Shown: positions 48,185-58,049 of the stretch, piece after piece | How positions within the stretch are numbered: position 1 is the stretch's first letter | Layout of the letters: the number at the start of each line of letters is the position of its first letter | Assembly: GCA_044368575.1 (NCBI GenBank) | Contig: JBIPPH010000002.1 | Location: 2,198 to 66,197 of the forward strand | Origin: Bacteroidia bacterium | Lineage (GTDB): Bacteria; Bacteroidota; Bacteroidia; NS11-12g; UBA955 | Direction: 5' to 3' | DNA length: 64,000 nt | Notes under the pieces: model-generated | Database searches by the model: none | What the model was told of the DNA's origin: nothing | What the model saw: only the letters and a program-made list of their open reading frames with translations | Position numbers and translations under genes: made by a program

Positions 48185-49603
48185 TTATAAATGAATTTGT
48201 TCGCCTTTGTAATAGTTTAAAATGATATGTCTAAACACCAATTCATATTTGGCTTGAATGGCGTTGGATTGCGCTTGTAAGTAATTGTTTTTGGTTTGGG
48301 TGAATTCGGTCATGCCTGTCATACCAGCATCAAATCGTTTTTGAATGTATTCAAAATTGGTTTTTTGAGCATCGGTGTTTTTTAGATGGGCATTGTATCT
48401 GTACTGTGCCGTTTTGTAGTTGTTAACTGCTGTATTGACTTCGTTTAACAAATTGTTTTTGTTGCGTTGCAAGTTTAAGTCGCTGATTTCTGAATTGATT
48501 TTAGCTTTTTGTATGTTGTGTTGAACTTGTAAACCGTTAAACACATTCCATGAAAAACTCAAGCCTGCACCTTGTCCGATATTGTCTTTAAGCTGACTAT
48601 TAAAGGCTTTGGTTTGAATATCAAAGGCATATATTGGTTGATACACCGCCTCTTGACTGGTTTGAGTATAGCCGATTAATTGTGTACCAGTTACTCTTGG
48701 GTTAGAATACAATTTAGCACTTTGAGAATACACTGTGCTTAAACTGGCAAATAAAGAAATGCTCGGGAACATGGAACCTTGAGCCGCTTTGCGTTGGTAT
48801 TTGGCGGCTTTAGCTTGTTGTTCTGCCATTTTAATTTGAGGCAAATGGTCCAAGGCTAAAGGATAAATGGCATCAACGGTGTGAGAGGCATTGAGGGCTT
48901 CGTCTTTAATGATGGGTTTTTCAAGCAGCAATGCTTGATCGTAGGGCCATTGCATGAGGGTTCTTAAATTCAATAGGGCTGAACTGTTGGCATTCTGCAT
49001 ATTGATCAAATTCAATTCTTCGTTGGCCAATTGAGCATTTAAACCCAATAAATTGGTAAGGTCTGCAGTACCAGCATCCACTTGTTTTTGAGCTTTGTTT
49101 AAACGCTGAGTGGTAGCTTGTATCTGTAATTCTGCAATGTGTATGTTTTCTTCTGCTTGAATAACTTGCAAAAAGGCATTAGCGATGTTAAGCGCTATTT
49201 GATTTTTAATTTGTTCAATATTGCTCTGACTGGCCAGTGCGCTGGCATTCATTTGCTTTATATTATTTTGCAATTGAAGACCGCCGAACAATAACATGGA
49301 GGCGTTAACACTCATGTTGTTAGAGCGAATGGTTTGGTTAATGAACTGGTTGGTAAAACGGTCAATGCTTCTTCCGAATTGATAGTTTTGACCGGCATTA
49401 GCACTCACGCTTGGCAGCATATTGGTTCGACTCTGTGATTTATCAATATCAACTGAAGCCTTGTTGAGCATAGCTTGACGCACATCTAAATTGTTCAACC
49501 AAGCATACTCAATGCAATTGCGCAAAGTCATTGTTGTTTGAGCAAAAGCAGCGGTGTTAAGGAGTAAACTGAAACAGCTGGCAAGTAAAATTCTGTTAAA
49601 CAT
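48185..49603 (-). CDS. TolC family outer membrane efflux protein
   Basis: Signal peptide and two repeated OEP halves rich in coiled-coil sequence; 472 aa. Confidence 0.85.
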   Translation of the reverse strand: MFNRILLASCFSLLLNTAAFAQTTMTLRNCIEYAWLNNLDVRQAMLNKASVDIDKSQSRTNMLPSVSANAGQNYQFGRSIDRFTNQFINQTIRSNNMSVNASMLLFGGLQLQNNIKQMNASALASQSNIEQIKNQIALNIANAFLQVIQAEENIHIAELQIQATTQRLNKAQKQVDAGTADLTNLLGLNAQLANEELNLINMQNANSSALLNLRTLMQWPYDQALLLEKPIIKDEALNASHTVDAIYPLALDHLPQIKMAEQQAKAAKYQRKAAQGSMFPSISLFASLSTVYSQSAKLYSNPRVTGTQLIGYTQTSQEAVYQPIYAFDIQTKAFNSQLKDNIGQGAGLSFSWNVFNGLQVQHNIQKAKINSEISDLNLQRNKNNLLNEVNTAVNNYKTAQYRYNAHLKNTDAQKTNFEYIQKRFDAGMTGMTEFTQTKNNYLQAQSNAIQAKYELVFRHIILNYYKGEQIHL

Positions 49604-49729
49604 ACAGTGGGTTAATGCTCAAAAATAACTTAAACCCCTAGCCTTATAGTAAGACTTCGACCAAAACAAGCCTTGAACGACAAACGCTTTTGAAGCTGTA
49701 AGATGCTTCCTAATTTGCAGCATTTCTTA

Positions 49730-49737
49730 TACCTTTG
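49730..49737 (+). promoter_or_regulatory. candidate -7 promoter box TACCTTTG
   Basis: Exact TAnnTTTG match, 6 nt before the ATG at 49744. Confidence 0.45.
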
Positions 49738-49743
49738 TATGCC

Positions 49744-51801
49744 ATGCAGATTTTGGTTTCAACCCCTTGGTGGTTTGTTGTGTTTTGTTTGTTATGCGGT
49801 GCTGCTTACAGCGCCTTATTGTACAAGCGCAGCCTAAAGAAACCTTGGCATAAACTATTAGCGGCTATCAGATGTTTGGTGGTGAGTCTCTTGTGTTTTT
49901 TCTTACTCAACCCGGTTTTAGTGCAATGGTTAAACACAGAACAAAAACCTAAGATCTTAATGGTTATGGATGTGTCTGAATCAGTCAATGCTCAAGCACC
50001 TGTTTCAAAAGCTTTTATTGAGGAATGGCAAAATGCCCAAGCGGCATTAGGCGATGACTACGAGGTGGAATACTTAAACTTAGGCTCACAGCTTGTGCCT
50101 TCAGACAGCATAGTGTTTAAAGACAAACGCACGAATATAGCGGCCATGTATGACTTTGTTAACCAATCCTATAGTCGCGACAATGTTGGCGCTGTGGTTT
50201 TGGCCTCTGATGGCATATACAATCAAGGCAGCAATCCTTTGTTTAAACAACTCAATAAACACAGTTTATTAATGTGTGTTGGCCTTGGTGATACTAGTCT
50301 TAAAAAAGATGTAATGGTGCAACAAGTGCGTCATAATGCCATTGCCTATTTGAACAATTATTTTCCAATTGAAATGACGGTTAAGGCGAATGCCTGCGCA
50401 TCAGAATCCAGTGTGTTGAGCATTACACACGAGGGCAAAACCATATACACTCAAGCTATCACTTTCAAGCAAGCTACTGAGGTGCTTAATTTTTCTGCTG
50501 CGGTGTTGGCAGACAAGCCAGGCAGTCAACATTATGTTGTGAGTATAGCGAGTGTAAAGGGCGAATTGACTACAGTCAATAACCGTAAAGATGTGTTTGT
50601 TGATATTATTGATGGGCGCGAAAAAATTGCCTTGATATACCCTGAATTGCACCCTGATATAGGGGCTTTAAAAGAGGCGATTGAGGCCAATCAAAATTAC
50701 GAACTTAAGTGTTTTGGAGTTGATGAGATCGCCACAATAAATTGGAGTGATTTTTCAGCTTGTATTTTACACCAATTGCCCAATCGAACTGCTGCTTCGA
50801 AAACGGTTTTGCAAGCTATTCAAAACAACAATTTACCTGCTTGGTGTATAGTGGGTCCTCAAACAGCTATAGAACTTTTGCCAAGCCTTCAAGCGAATCT
50901 AAGAATTGAAAAATCTCAGGGTCGTTTCAATGATGCCTTAGGCAGTTTTAACAATGGGTTTAATGGCTTTGTATTGGATCCTAATACGGTTAATACAATC
51001 AACCAATTGCCGCCTTTAAGAGTGCCCTATGGGAATTATCCTGGCAATGGTTTAGAGGTCTTATTGTATCAAACCATAGGCAATGTGGCCACCGTATATC
51101 CAATGTGGGGTTTTGCAGCCAATCAAAATAGTAAATTGGCTTTCTTATATGGTGAAGGTTTTTGGAAATGGAGATTGCATGATTTCATGCACAATGAAAA
51201 CCATTTGGCCACAAATGAATTGGTGAGTAAAACCATACAGTATTTGTGCACCAAAACAGACCGCAGAAAGTTTAGAGTTTATCCTTCTGTGCAGGTGTTT
51301 GAGGAAGATCAAAATGCAGAGTTAATTGGTGAATTGTACAATGCCAGTTATGAGCCCATCAATACTGCTGATATTAAAGTGGTTTTACAAGCTAAAGGGA
51401 AACCTGCTTATGCCTACCAAATGAGCAAAACCGAACAGGCTTACAGATTGAATTTAGGCCATTTATTGCCAGGGGTATACCAATTTAAAGCAGAAGCCAC
51501 TGGGGTGAATGAACGCATCAATGGCCAATTCATAGTGAAAGCGCTGCAAATGGAATTGACCAATACCCAAGCAGATCATGGCTTGTTAAGACAGATGGCC
51601 AAACAAGATAACGGGCAACTTTACAAACCTGCTGATTTGAAGGCTTTATATGCTGATTTAAAAAAGCGTTCTGATGTAGTGAGTATTGCTTATAAAGAGA
51701 AAAAGCCTGAAGATTTAATCCATCTAAAATGGCTATTATTCACCCTTGTTGGACTCTTGGGTTTGGAGTGGTTTATTCGAAAATTTGAAGGTGAAATATG
51801 A
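49744..51801 (+). CDS. membrane protein with N-terminal double-TM (BatA-like) region, VWA-like MIDAS motif and C-terminal TM anchor
   Basis: Two N-terminal TM helices, a DxSxS motif (MDVSESV) and a C-terminal TM helix (LLFTLVGLLGLEWFIRK). Start set at the ATG at 49744. Confidence 0.5.
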   Translation: MQILVSTPWWFVVFCLLCGAAYSALLYKRSLKKPWHKLLAAIRCLVVSLLCFFLLNPVLVQWLNTEQKPKILMVMDVSESVNAQAPVSKAFIEEWQNAQAALGDDYEVEYLNLGSQLVPSDSIVFKDKRTNIAAMYDFVNQSYSRDNVGAVVLASDGIYNQGSNPLFKQLNKHSLLMCVGLGDTSLKKDVMVQQVRHNAIAYLNNYFPIEMTVKANACASESSVLSITHEGKTIYTQAITFKQATEVLNFSAAVLADKPGSQHYVVSIASVKGELTTVNNRKDVFVDIIDGREKIALIYPELHPDIGALKEAIEANQNYELKCFGVDEIATINWSDFSACILHQLPNRTAASKTVLQAIQNNNLPAWCIVGPQTAIELLPSLQANLRIEKSQGRFNDALGSFNNGFNGFVLDPNTVNTINQLPPLRVPYGNYPGNGLEVLLYQTIGNVATVYPMWGFAANQNSKLAFLYGEGFWKWRLHDFMHNENHLATNELVSKTIQYLCTKTDRRKFRVYPSVQVFEEDQNAELIGELYNASYEPINTADIKVVLQAKGKPAYAYQMSKTEQAYRLNLGHLLPGVYQFKAEATGVNERINGQFIVKALQMELTNTQADHGLLRQMAKQDNGQLYKPADLKALYADLKKRSDVVSIAYKEKKPEDLIHLKWLLFTLVGLLGLEWFIRKFEGEI

Positions 51802-52778
51802 AACCCATTGCGCTGAGATCTTCGCCCGTTGTTTGTAATTACTATTTGACTTACCGCTGTAATGCCAAGTGTGGTTTTTGCGATATTTGGGAGAAACCAT
51901 CACCTTATGCCACCTTAGAGAACATTGCAGCCAACCTCAAAGACTTAAAACGAATGGGTGTTGAGGTGATTGATTTTACTGGTGGTGAGCCTTTGTTGCA
52001 CCGTCAGTTGCCAGAAATATTAAGTATGGCCAAAGCTTTGGGATTCATTACAACAGTTACAACTAATTGTTTATTGTATCCTAAAATGGCAGAGGCCTTG
52101 AAGGGTAAAATAGACATGTTACATTTTTCATTGGATTCTCCTGATGAAGATGAACACAACGAGAGCAGAGGGGTTAAGGTGTTTGAGCATTTTGTAAAAT
52201 CTTTAAGCATTGCCAAGGATTTGGGTGAAAAACCCGATGTCTTGTTTACTGTTTTTCCGCACAACATAGATCAGATACAAAGGGTGTATGAAACCTTTTG
52301 CTTACCTAATGATTTGCTTTTAATCTTGAACCCTGTTTTTGAATACAACGATGTGGGTTCAGCTTTATCTGAGGCGGATTTGGAGGTATTAGCCGCTTGG
52401 GGCAAGCGCCCTCTGGTGTATTTGAATCAGGCGTTTATAGAGTTAAGAAAAAGAGGCGGCAATAAAGTCAATGCGCCCGTGTGTTTTGCAGCAGATACCA
52501 GTGTGGTAATAGACCCTAATAACCAATTGCTTTTACCTTGTTACCATTTGGGTATTGAAGCTTTGCCGATTAATGGTAATCTGTATGACTTATGGCATAG
52601 TCCTGAGGCAAAACAAGCTAAGGCCTTGCAAGGCAAACACTCGGCTTGTGAGGGCTGTACCATTAACTGTTACATGCAAACCTCATTTGCTACCCATTTG
52701 AATCAATATTTTTTCTGGGCATTGCCTTCTACCCTTAAATACAATGTTGTGAAGGGTACTTGGAAAGCGTATTTGTAA
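51798..52778 (+). CDS. radical SAM protein, substrate unknown
   Basis: CxxxCxxC cluster motif (CNAKCGFC) and GGEPLL, with extra C-terminal Cys residues (CEGCTINC). Its ATG overlaps the upstream stop (ATGA). Confidence 0.75.
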   Translation: MKPIALRSSPVVCNYYLTYRCNAKCGFCDIWEKPSPYATLENIAANLKDLKRMGVEVIDFTGGEPLLHRQLPEILSMAKALGFITTVTTNCLLYPKMAEALKGKIDMLHFSLDSPDEDEHNESRGVKVFEHFVKSLSIAKDLGEKPDVLFTVFPHNIDQIQRVYETFCLPNDLLLILNPVFEYNDVGSALSEADLEVLAAWGKRPLVYLNQAFIELRKRGGNKVNAPVCFAADTSVVIDPNNQLLLPCYHLGIEALPINGNLYDLWHSPEAKQAKALQGKHSACEGCTINCYMQTSFATHLNQYFFWALPSTLKYNVVKGTWKAYL

Positions 52779-52780
52779 AC

Positions 52781-53314
52781 TTAAACGAATCTTGGATCGG
52801 TATCCATTACATGACCGCATGACTTACAAGTTCTGAGGTCTTCATTGCCATAATATGCTTTAAATCTTGGCAGGAAATCTTTTTCAATGTCATTGAGTTC
52901 AAAATAAGTTGCATGCAATGGGTGATTGCATTTTTCGCAGAACCACAATAAGCCATCTGTAAAGCCTTTGCCTGCTCTTACGCGTTCAACCACTAGTCCA
53001 AGTGAGCCTTCAGAACGCGATGGTGAATGCGGAACTTTTCCTGGCAATAAAAACATATCCCCAGCTTTCAAGGGCACATCAACTGCTTTGCCGTCTTGTT
53101 GAATGCGCACATTGATTTCCCCTTCTAATTGGTAGAAAAACTCTTCAGTTTCATTGTAATGATAGTCTTTTCGGGCGTTTGGTCCTGCTACAACCATTAC
53201 TATAAAATCACCTGCACCAACTGTTAGGTTCTTATTGCCTACAGGCGGTTTCAACAAATGGCGGTTTTCTTCAATCCATTGATTAAAATTAAAGGGTGGG
53301 GTTATCTGAGTCAT
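52781..53314 (-). CDS. 3-hydroxyanthranilate 3,4-dioxygenase
   Basis: Cupin core (DYHYNETEEFFYQLEG...HSP) plus a C-terminal rubredoxin-like site (CEKC...CKSC), as in bacterial HAAO. Confidence 0.8.
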   Translation of the reverse strand: MTQITPPFNFNQWIEENRHLLKPPVGNKNLTVGAGDFIVMVVAGPNARKDYHYNETEEFFYQLEGEINVRIQQDGKAVDVPLKAGDMFLLPGKVPHSPSRSEGSLGLVVERVRAGKGFTDGLLWFCEKCNHPLHATYFELNDIEKDFLPRFKAYYGNEDLRTCKSCGHVMDTDPRFV

Positions 53315-53470
53315 GTGTCAAATTTAATTGATTTTGAAATTAAAAAACCAAGATAAATTGTAATTATTGATGAGCATCATAGTTTGCTCTTGTCAGTTTA
53401 AATAGAATTTTCCACATGGAAGTGGAGTTCGATATGAACAAACATGGAATAAATTTAGCATATTCGCAGT

Positions 53471-54346
53471 ATGAACGCAGAAAACAGCGATATCCCTTTA
53501 ATCAATGTTAAACAGGTTTTTTATGATAAAAACCCAAAACTGGCTAAGTGGATTCCAGGCTTTTTATACCGTTTTTTTGAAAGGCTCATTTGTCAAGCAG
53601 AATTAAACCGCATGCTTACCAGCGCTAAGGGTTTGCAAGGCGTTGATTTTGCGCGTGCTTGTTTTGCAGATATTGGTGTGACTTTAGAATCAAAAAACAC
53701 CCATTTAGTGCCTAAGACTGGTCGTTTGATCTTAGCAGCGAATCATCCTTTGGGTGGTTTAGATGGTATGGGATTTATTAGTGAAACACATAAAATCAGA
53801 CCTGATGTGAGGTTTTTAGTGAATGATATTTTAATGAACGTTAAACCTTTGCAAGGGATCTTTTTGGGCGTGAATAAACACGGTAGCAATGCGAAGAAGA
53901 GTTTGTTGGAGGTTGAAGAACAGTTTGCTTCTGACAAGGCTACGTTGATTTTTCCGGCGGGCATGGTGTCACGTCAACAACAGGGTAAAATCATGGACCT
54001 TAAATGGCATAAGAGTTTTATTACCAAGTCTGTGAAATACAGATCAGATGTGATTCCTGTGTTTATTGAGGCCGTTAACAGCCCTCGATTTTACAGAGTG
54101 GCTAAATGGCGTAAGCGTTTGGGCATTGGTTTGAATATTGAGATGTTGCTTTTGCCTTCAGAGATGTTTAGTCAAAAGGGTAAAACCATAACCATTCATT
54201 TTGGTAAGCCTATTCCGGCTTGGTTGATTAAGAATATTGGCGAGCACCATAAAATTGCAAATGCTATGCGCCATTTTGTATATACACTAAAGGATAATCC
54301 TGAGGGTGATTTTGAAACGTTTTATAATGAGTTTAAACAGAAATAA
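53471..54346 (+). CDS. lysophospholipid/lyso-aminolipid O-acyltransferase (PlsC superfamily, OlsA/GlsA-like)
   Basis: Acyltransferase motif ANHPLGGLDG and FPAGMVS. It is adjacent to an OlsB/GlsB-like gene. Confidence 0.6.
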   Translation: MNAENSDIPLINVKQVFYDKNPKLAKWIPGFLYRFFERLICQAELNRMLTSAKGLQGVDFARACFADIGVTLESKNTHLVPKTGRLILAANHPLGGLDGMGFISETHKIRPDVRFLVNDILMNVKPLQGIFLGVNKHGSNAKKSLLEVEEQFASDKATLIFPAGMVSRQQQGKIMDLKWHKSFITKSVKYRSDVIPVFIEAVNSPRFYRVAKWRKRLGIGLNIEMLLLPSEMFSQKGKTITIHFGKPIPAWLIKNIGEHHKIANAMRHFVYTLKDNPEGDFETFYNEFKQK

Positions 54347-54348
54347 AC

Positions 54349-55293
54349 ATGATACCAGAAGCCATAATTGATCCTATTGACCGTCGCTTATTGGAGGCTG
54401 AATTAAACCAGTCTGTGTTTATTAGACCTACCAATTTTAGTGGCAATGAATTGTACATTGTAAATTGCCATAATGCGCCCAATGTGCTTAAAGAGATTGG
54501 CCGTTTGAGAGAGTTGTCGTTTAGAGAAGCTGGTGGTGGCACCGGTAAGTCTTGCGATTTAGATGAGTTTGATTTCGGACCGAGCGCCTATCAACAGTTG
54601 ATTGTGTGGCAGCCTGAGGATAAAGAGATCATTGGTGGCTACCGTTTTATTTTGACCAAGGATGCGCGCCAGGCTGATGGTTCTTACCATTTAGCAACGA
54701 CTGAGATTTATGAGTTCAGCGAGCGCATGAAATCGTTTTATTTTTTGTCGACCATAGAATTGGGCCGTTCTTTTGTTCAGCCTAAATACCAACCGAGTAA
54801 AGACAATCGCAAGGGCTTATTTAGCCTTGATAATTTATGGGATGGCTTGGGTGCTTTGATTGTAAAGTATCCTGAGGTGGATTACTTTTTTGGCAAAGTG
54901 ACTATGTACACGCACTTTAACCGTGAGGCCAGAGATTTGATTTTGAGTTTCATGCACCATTATTTCCCAGATAAGGAGCAGTTAATTTCGGTGAATAATC
55001 CTCTCCCATTAACCCATGATACTTCTGCCTTTGTAGAGGCTTTAAAGGGATTGGAATTTAAAGAGGGCCACCATTTGTTGAATAGCAAGGTGCGAGAATT
55101 GGGCGAAAACATTCCGCCATTGTTCAATGCCTACATGAACACCAGCCCTACCATGAAGACCTTCCCTACTTGCGTTAATAACCACTTTGGCGATGTAGAA
55201 GAAACAGGCATTATGGTGACCATCAAAGACATTTACGAATCTAAAGCCGATAGGCATGTGAATTCGTATTTGAAGTTTTTGCAAGGTTTGTAA
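54349..55293 (+). CDS. GNAT-fold amino acid N-acyltransferase (OlsB/GlsB-like, hemolysin-type)
   Basis: 314 aa with LRELSFREAGGGTGKS...D motifs, resembling aminolipid N-acyltransferases. It starts 2 nt after the upstream stop. Confidence 0.55.
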   Translation: MIPEAIIDPIDRRLLEAELNQSVFIRPTNFSGNELYIVNCHNAPNVLKEIGRLRELSFREAGGGTGKSCDLDEFDFGPSAYQQLIVWQPEDKEIIGGYRFILTKDARQADGSYHLATTEIYEFSERMKSFYFLSTIELGRSFVQPKYQPSKDNRKGLFSLDNLWDGLGALIVKYPEVDYFFGKVTMYTHFNREARDLILSFMHHYFPDKEQLISVNNPLPLTHDTSAFVEALKGLEFKEGHHLLNSKVRELGENIPPLFNAYMNTSPTMKTFPTCVNNHFGDVEETGIMVTIKDIYESKADRHVNSYLKFLQGL

Positions 55294-55325
55294 AAAGTTA
55301 GTGTTTGATTATAAGCTATTAAAGT

Positions 55326-55847
55326 ATGATCCGTCGTGCTACTATAAATGATGTTGCTTTATTGCAAAGTATTGGTAGAAAGACCTTTGACGATACCTTT
55401 GGCAACACTTGTACACGCGCTGATATGCAAGGGGTATTAAAGACTTTCTTTAATACTGAACAGATTCAATCAGAATTGCTTGACGATACAGACCACTTCT
55501 TTTTGTATGAGGAGGAAGGTGTCACTAAGGGGTATATGCGCATTAATGCTAAACATGCTTGCCCTGTAGAAGCCTTTAAAAATCGCCAGTGTATTGAACT
55601 GGTCAGATTGTATGTCTTAAATGCTTATCATGGCACAAATGTGGCCAAAGACCTTATGAATTATGCCACAGATTTTGCTCAAAAAAAGAGTTTCGATGTG
55701 CTATTTTTATCTGTTTGGGAATACAATTTTAGAGCTAGGGGCTTTTACGAAAAACACGGCTTCAAAAACACCGGCGTTAAAAACGATTTCCCTTTGGGAT
55801 CAACCCCACAAACAGACTATTGGTTTGTGAGGGATCTTGTGCAATAG
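55326..55847 (+). CDS. GNAT family N-acetyltransferase
   Basis: 173 aa with a GNAT motif A region (LYVLNAYHGTNVAKDLM) and a C-terminal YEKHGF. Confidence 0.8.
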   Translation: MIRRATINDVALLQSIGRKTFDDTFGNTCTRADMQGVLKTFFNTEQIQSELLDDTDHFFLYEEEGVTKGYMRINAKHACPVEAFKNRQCIELVRLYVLNAYHGTNVAKDLMNYATDFAQKKSFDVLFLSVWEYNFRARGFYEKHGFKNTGVKNDFPLGSTPQTDYWFVRDLVQ

Positions 55848-55994
55848 ATCTATTTTGCTTTAATTGAATTTCAAAAATGCCGCTAAATTTGTTTAGATTA
55901 GATACCTTCAATTATAGGATACTAATTAATATTAACATTACTGTCATAATAAATTGTAAATACCTAAAACAAAGAACACTATTCTTTATACAAA

Positions 55995-57080
55995 ATGAGC
56001 AACCGAGTTACTGCAGAAGCATTTAAAATCAAAAGAGTTAAAGCCAATGATCTTCACTTTTGTATTGCTTTTTTATATCAAGCAATAAACTCTGATTTCG
56101 GATTTGCAAAAGAATACAAAATTGCATTTGAAAACCTTGGAAAAGAAATTGAGGCATTAAACTTTGACGATATAAAAAACCTTTTTAAAGATGGGATAAT
56201 TGATATTGATCAAACTGATTTTTATTTTTTTGAAAATGATATGCTTGTATACCTAGACTATTTAAAGGCAAACAAAAATAAGGATATCAATATGTACCGG
56301 AACTTTCCAAATTTATTTACAGATATTATGCAAGTAAGTTTTGACCAAGGCGGGTTAGTGATTTTGCAATGTTATGGTCTTCAGATTTATGAATTATATA
56401 CTGCAGCAGGAAAATACATTGAAGGTCCTTGCCACGATCTTGACTTACTAGATAAAAATCGATTCTTATACAGGTCCTCAGGCTTTAGTCCGGGTTTTAT
56501 ATTAGAGGAATACCGTTTAAATGATTGTCCGATGACCTTAAACACCTATGGCGACTTTGATATGCCAGGATGCCCAAATATAGCAGGCAGAGACCGTATA
56601 ACAATACCATACGAAAATGCCTTAGCTGAAAGGATAGAAAACTTCGAAGTGCCTAAAAACAGAATGGATGTTTTATCGATTTTAGATGATTGCAATTGGG
56701 TTACTTCACCAGAATTGGTGCAATACTATTATAATGACAAAGAGTTGGCATTAAAAGCAGTCCAAAAAGACATGCTGGCCTACACATTATTAGACAGTCA
56801 ATTAAAAGAGGACAAAGAAATAATTTTGATGTTAGTAAAAGCCAATGGTATCGCTTTAGATTTTACTTCAGAGTCATTCAAAGCAGATAAAGAAGTTGTT
56901 ATGGCCGCTGTGACACAATATGGTTGTGCACTTGAATTTGCTTCAGAGAAATTAAAAGCAGATAAAGAGGTTGTAATAGCAGCTGTATCTGAATCTAAAT
57001 ATGCACTCGAATATGCATCAAAAGAACTAAAAACAGACAAGGAAATAAGCAATATTGTCAATAACAATACAGAATTTTAA
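55995..57080 (+). CDS. DUF4116 repeat protein with unknown N-terminal domain
   Basis: Four C-terminal ~30-aa repeats (KxDKEVVxAAVxxxxxALEFASExLK). The N-terminal ~240 aa has no recognisable motif. Confidence 0.65.
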   Translation: MSNRVTAEAFKIKRVKANDLHFCIAFLYQAINSDFGFAKEYKIAFENLGKEIEALNFDDIKNLFKDGIIDIDQTDFYFFENDMLVYLDYLKANKNKDINMYRNFPNLFTDIMQVSFDQGGLVILQCYGLQIYELYTAAGKYIEGPCHDLDLLDKNRFLYRSSGFSPGFILEEYRLNDCPMTLNTYGDFDMPGCPNIAGRDRITIPYENALAERIENFEVPKNRMDVLSILDDCNWVTSPELVQYYYNDKELALKAVQKDMLAYTLLDSQLKEDKEIILMLVKANGIALDFTSESFKADKEVVMAAVTQYGCALEFASEKLKADKEVVIAAVSESKYALEYASKELKTDKEISNIVNNNTEF

Positions 57081-57092
57081 GCAATTAAAACC

Positions 57093-57551
57093 ATGGATAA
57101 AAAACTAAATGAAGCCTTGGACAAGGTAATGGATCAATTTACTGCAGCTGAGCAAGATCTAATGATTTCTAATCGATTTCCTTACATTTTCACCAAAGCA
57201 TGGCTTTATGTAAAGAAAGGGCCAGAAAAATATCGTGAAGACGATGCATTCCAGCAACCTCCTTCACATTTCAATAAAGCAGAATTAGAGATTTTACTCA
57301 ATGCCTGTAAACAAGTACTTGAAGGAATTGGCATGACTAGTGAAAAGCCTTTTACAGGTATTGATGTATTTGGCTTTTATGCCCTTTTTAGGTTGTTCCA
57401 TTTTGAAAAAGTTGAGAGAAAAACCAAACACAAATTTATATTGAACAACAAAAAAGGAATTCTTGATTGTATAACATTTGAGCATGTAATGGATGGTGAG
57501 CAAGTTGTATATTATAACTTCTGTGAGAGTCCAAATTTTAACACAGATTAG
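57093..57551 (+). CDS. hypothetical protein
   Basis: 152-aa ORF that starts 12 nt after the upstream stop. No motif recognised. Confidence 0.4.
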   Translation: MDKKLNEALDKVMDQFTAAEQDLMISNRFPYIFTKAWLYVKKGPEKYREDDAFQQPPSHFNKAELEILLNACKQVLEGIGMTSEKPFTGIDVFGFYALFRLFHFEKVERKTKHKFILNNKKGILDCITFEHVMDGEQVVYYNFCESPNFNTD

Positions 57552-57658
57552 GCATGCCAGATTTCAATACATATTTACTAATATGATTATTGATCTTTAA
57601 AACTTTATTTTTATATAATAAATTATTATAATTGCATTAAAACCAAAATTTCAAAAGT

Positions 57659-58036
57659 ATGCCAAAATTAATTTTAATGGTCATCATCGCTATTATCGGC
57701 AATACAGCCGATGTACAAAACAAGGGTCTGTGTAAAGTTGCAGTTGAGGATGTATCCAAGACTACAAGTTTTGGCTATTTAGTAGGCTACAGTGTAACAT
57801 TTAAGAACAATTCTAAGAAAACAGTCGATGGTGTGTATTGGAATGAATTTTATTACAACAACAATGACGATTTGATTAAGCAGGACAAATCATCTTTCAA
57901 TTCTACTAATTTAATCGACCCAATTGCATCAGGCTTTTCTAAAACACTTGTTCGATCTCCTAGGGTAAAAGGCGCTTCTAAAGTTATCATTAAGATAACC
58001 AAGGTACATTATTCAGATGGCACAAATTGTAATTAA
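57659..58036 (+). CDS. small hypothetical protein with hydrophobic N-terminus
   Basis: 125-aa ORF. The N-terminal hydrophobic stretch suggests export. Confidence 0.35.
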   Translation: MPKLILMVIIAIIGNTADVQNKGLCKVAVEDVSKTTSFGYLVGYSVTFKNNSKKTVDGVYWNEFYYNNNDDLIKQDKSSFNSTNLIDPIASGFSKTLVRSPRVKGASKVIIKITKVHYSDGTNCN

Positions 58037-58049
58037 TGAATTATAAATC

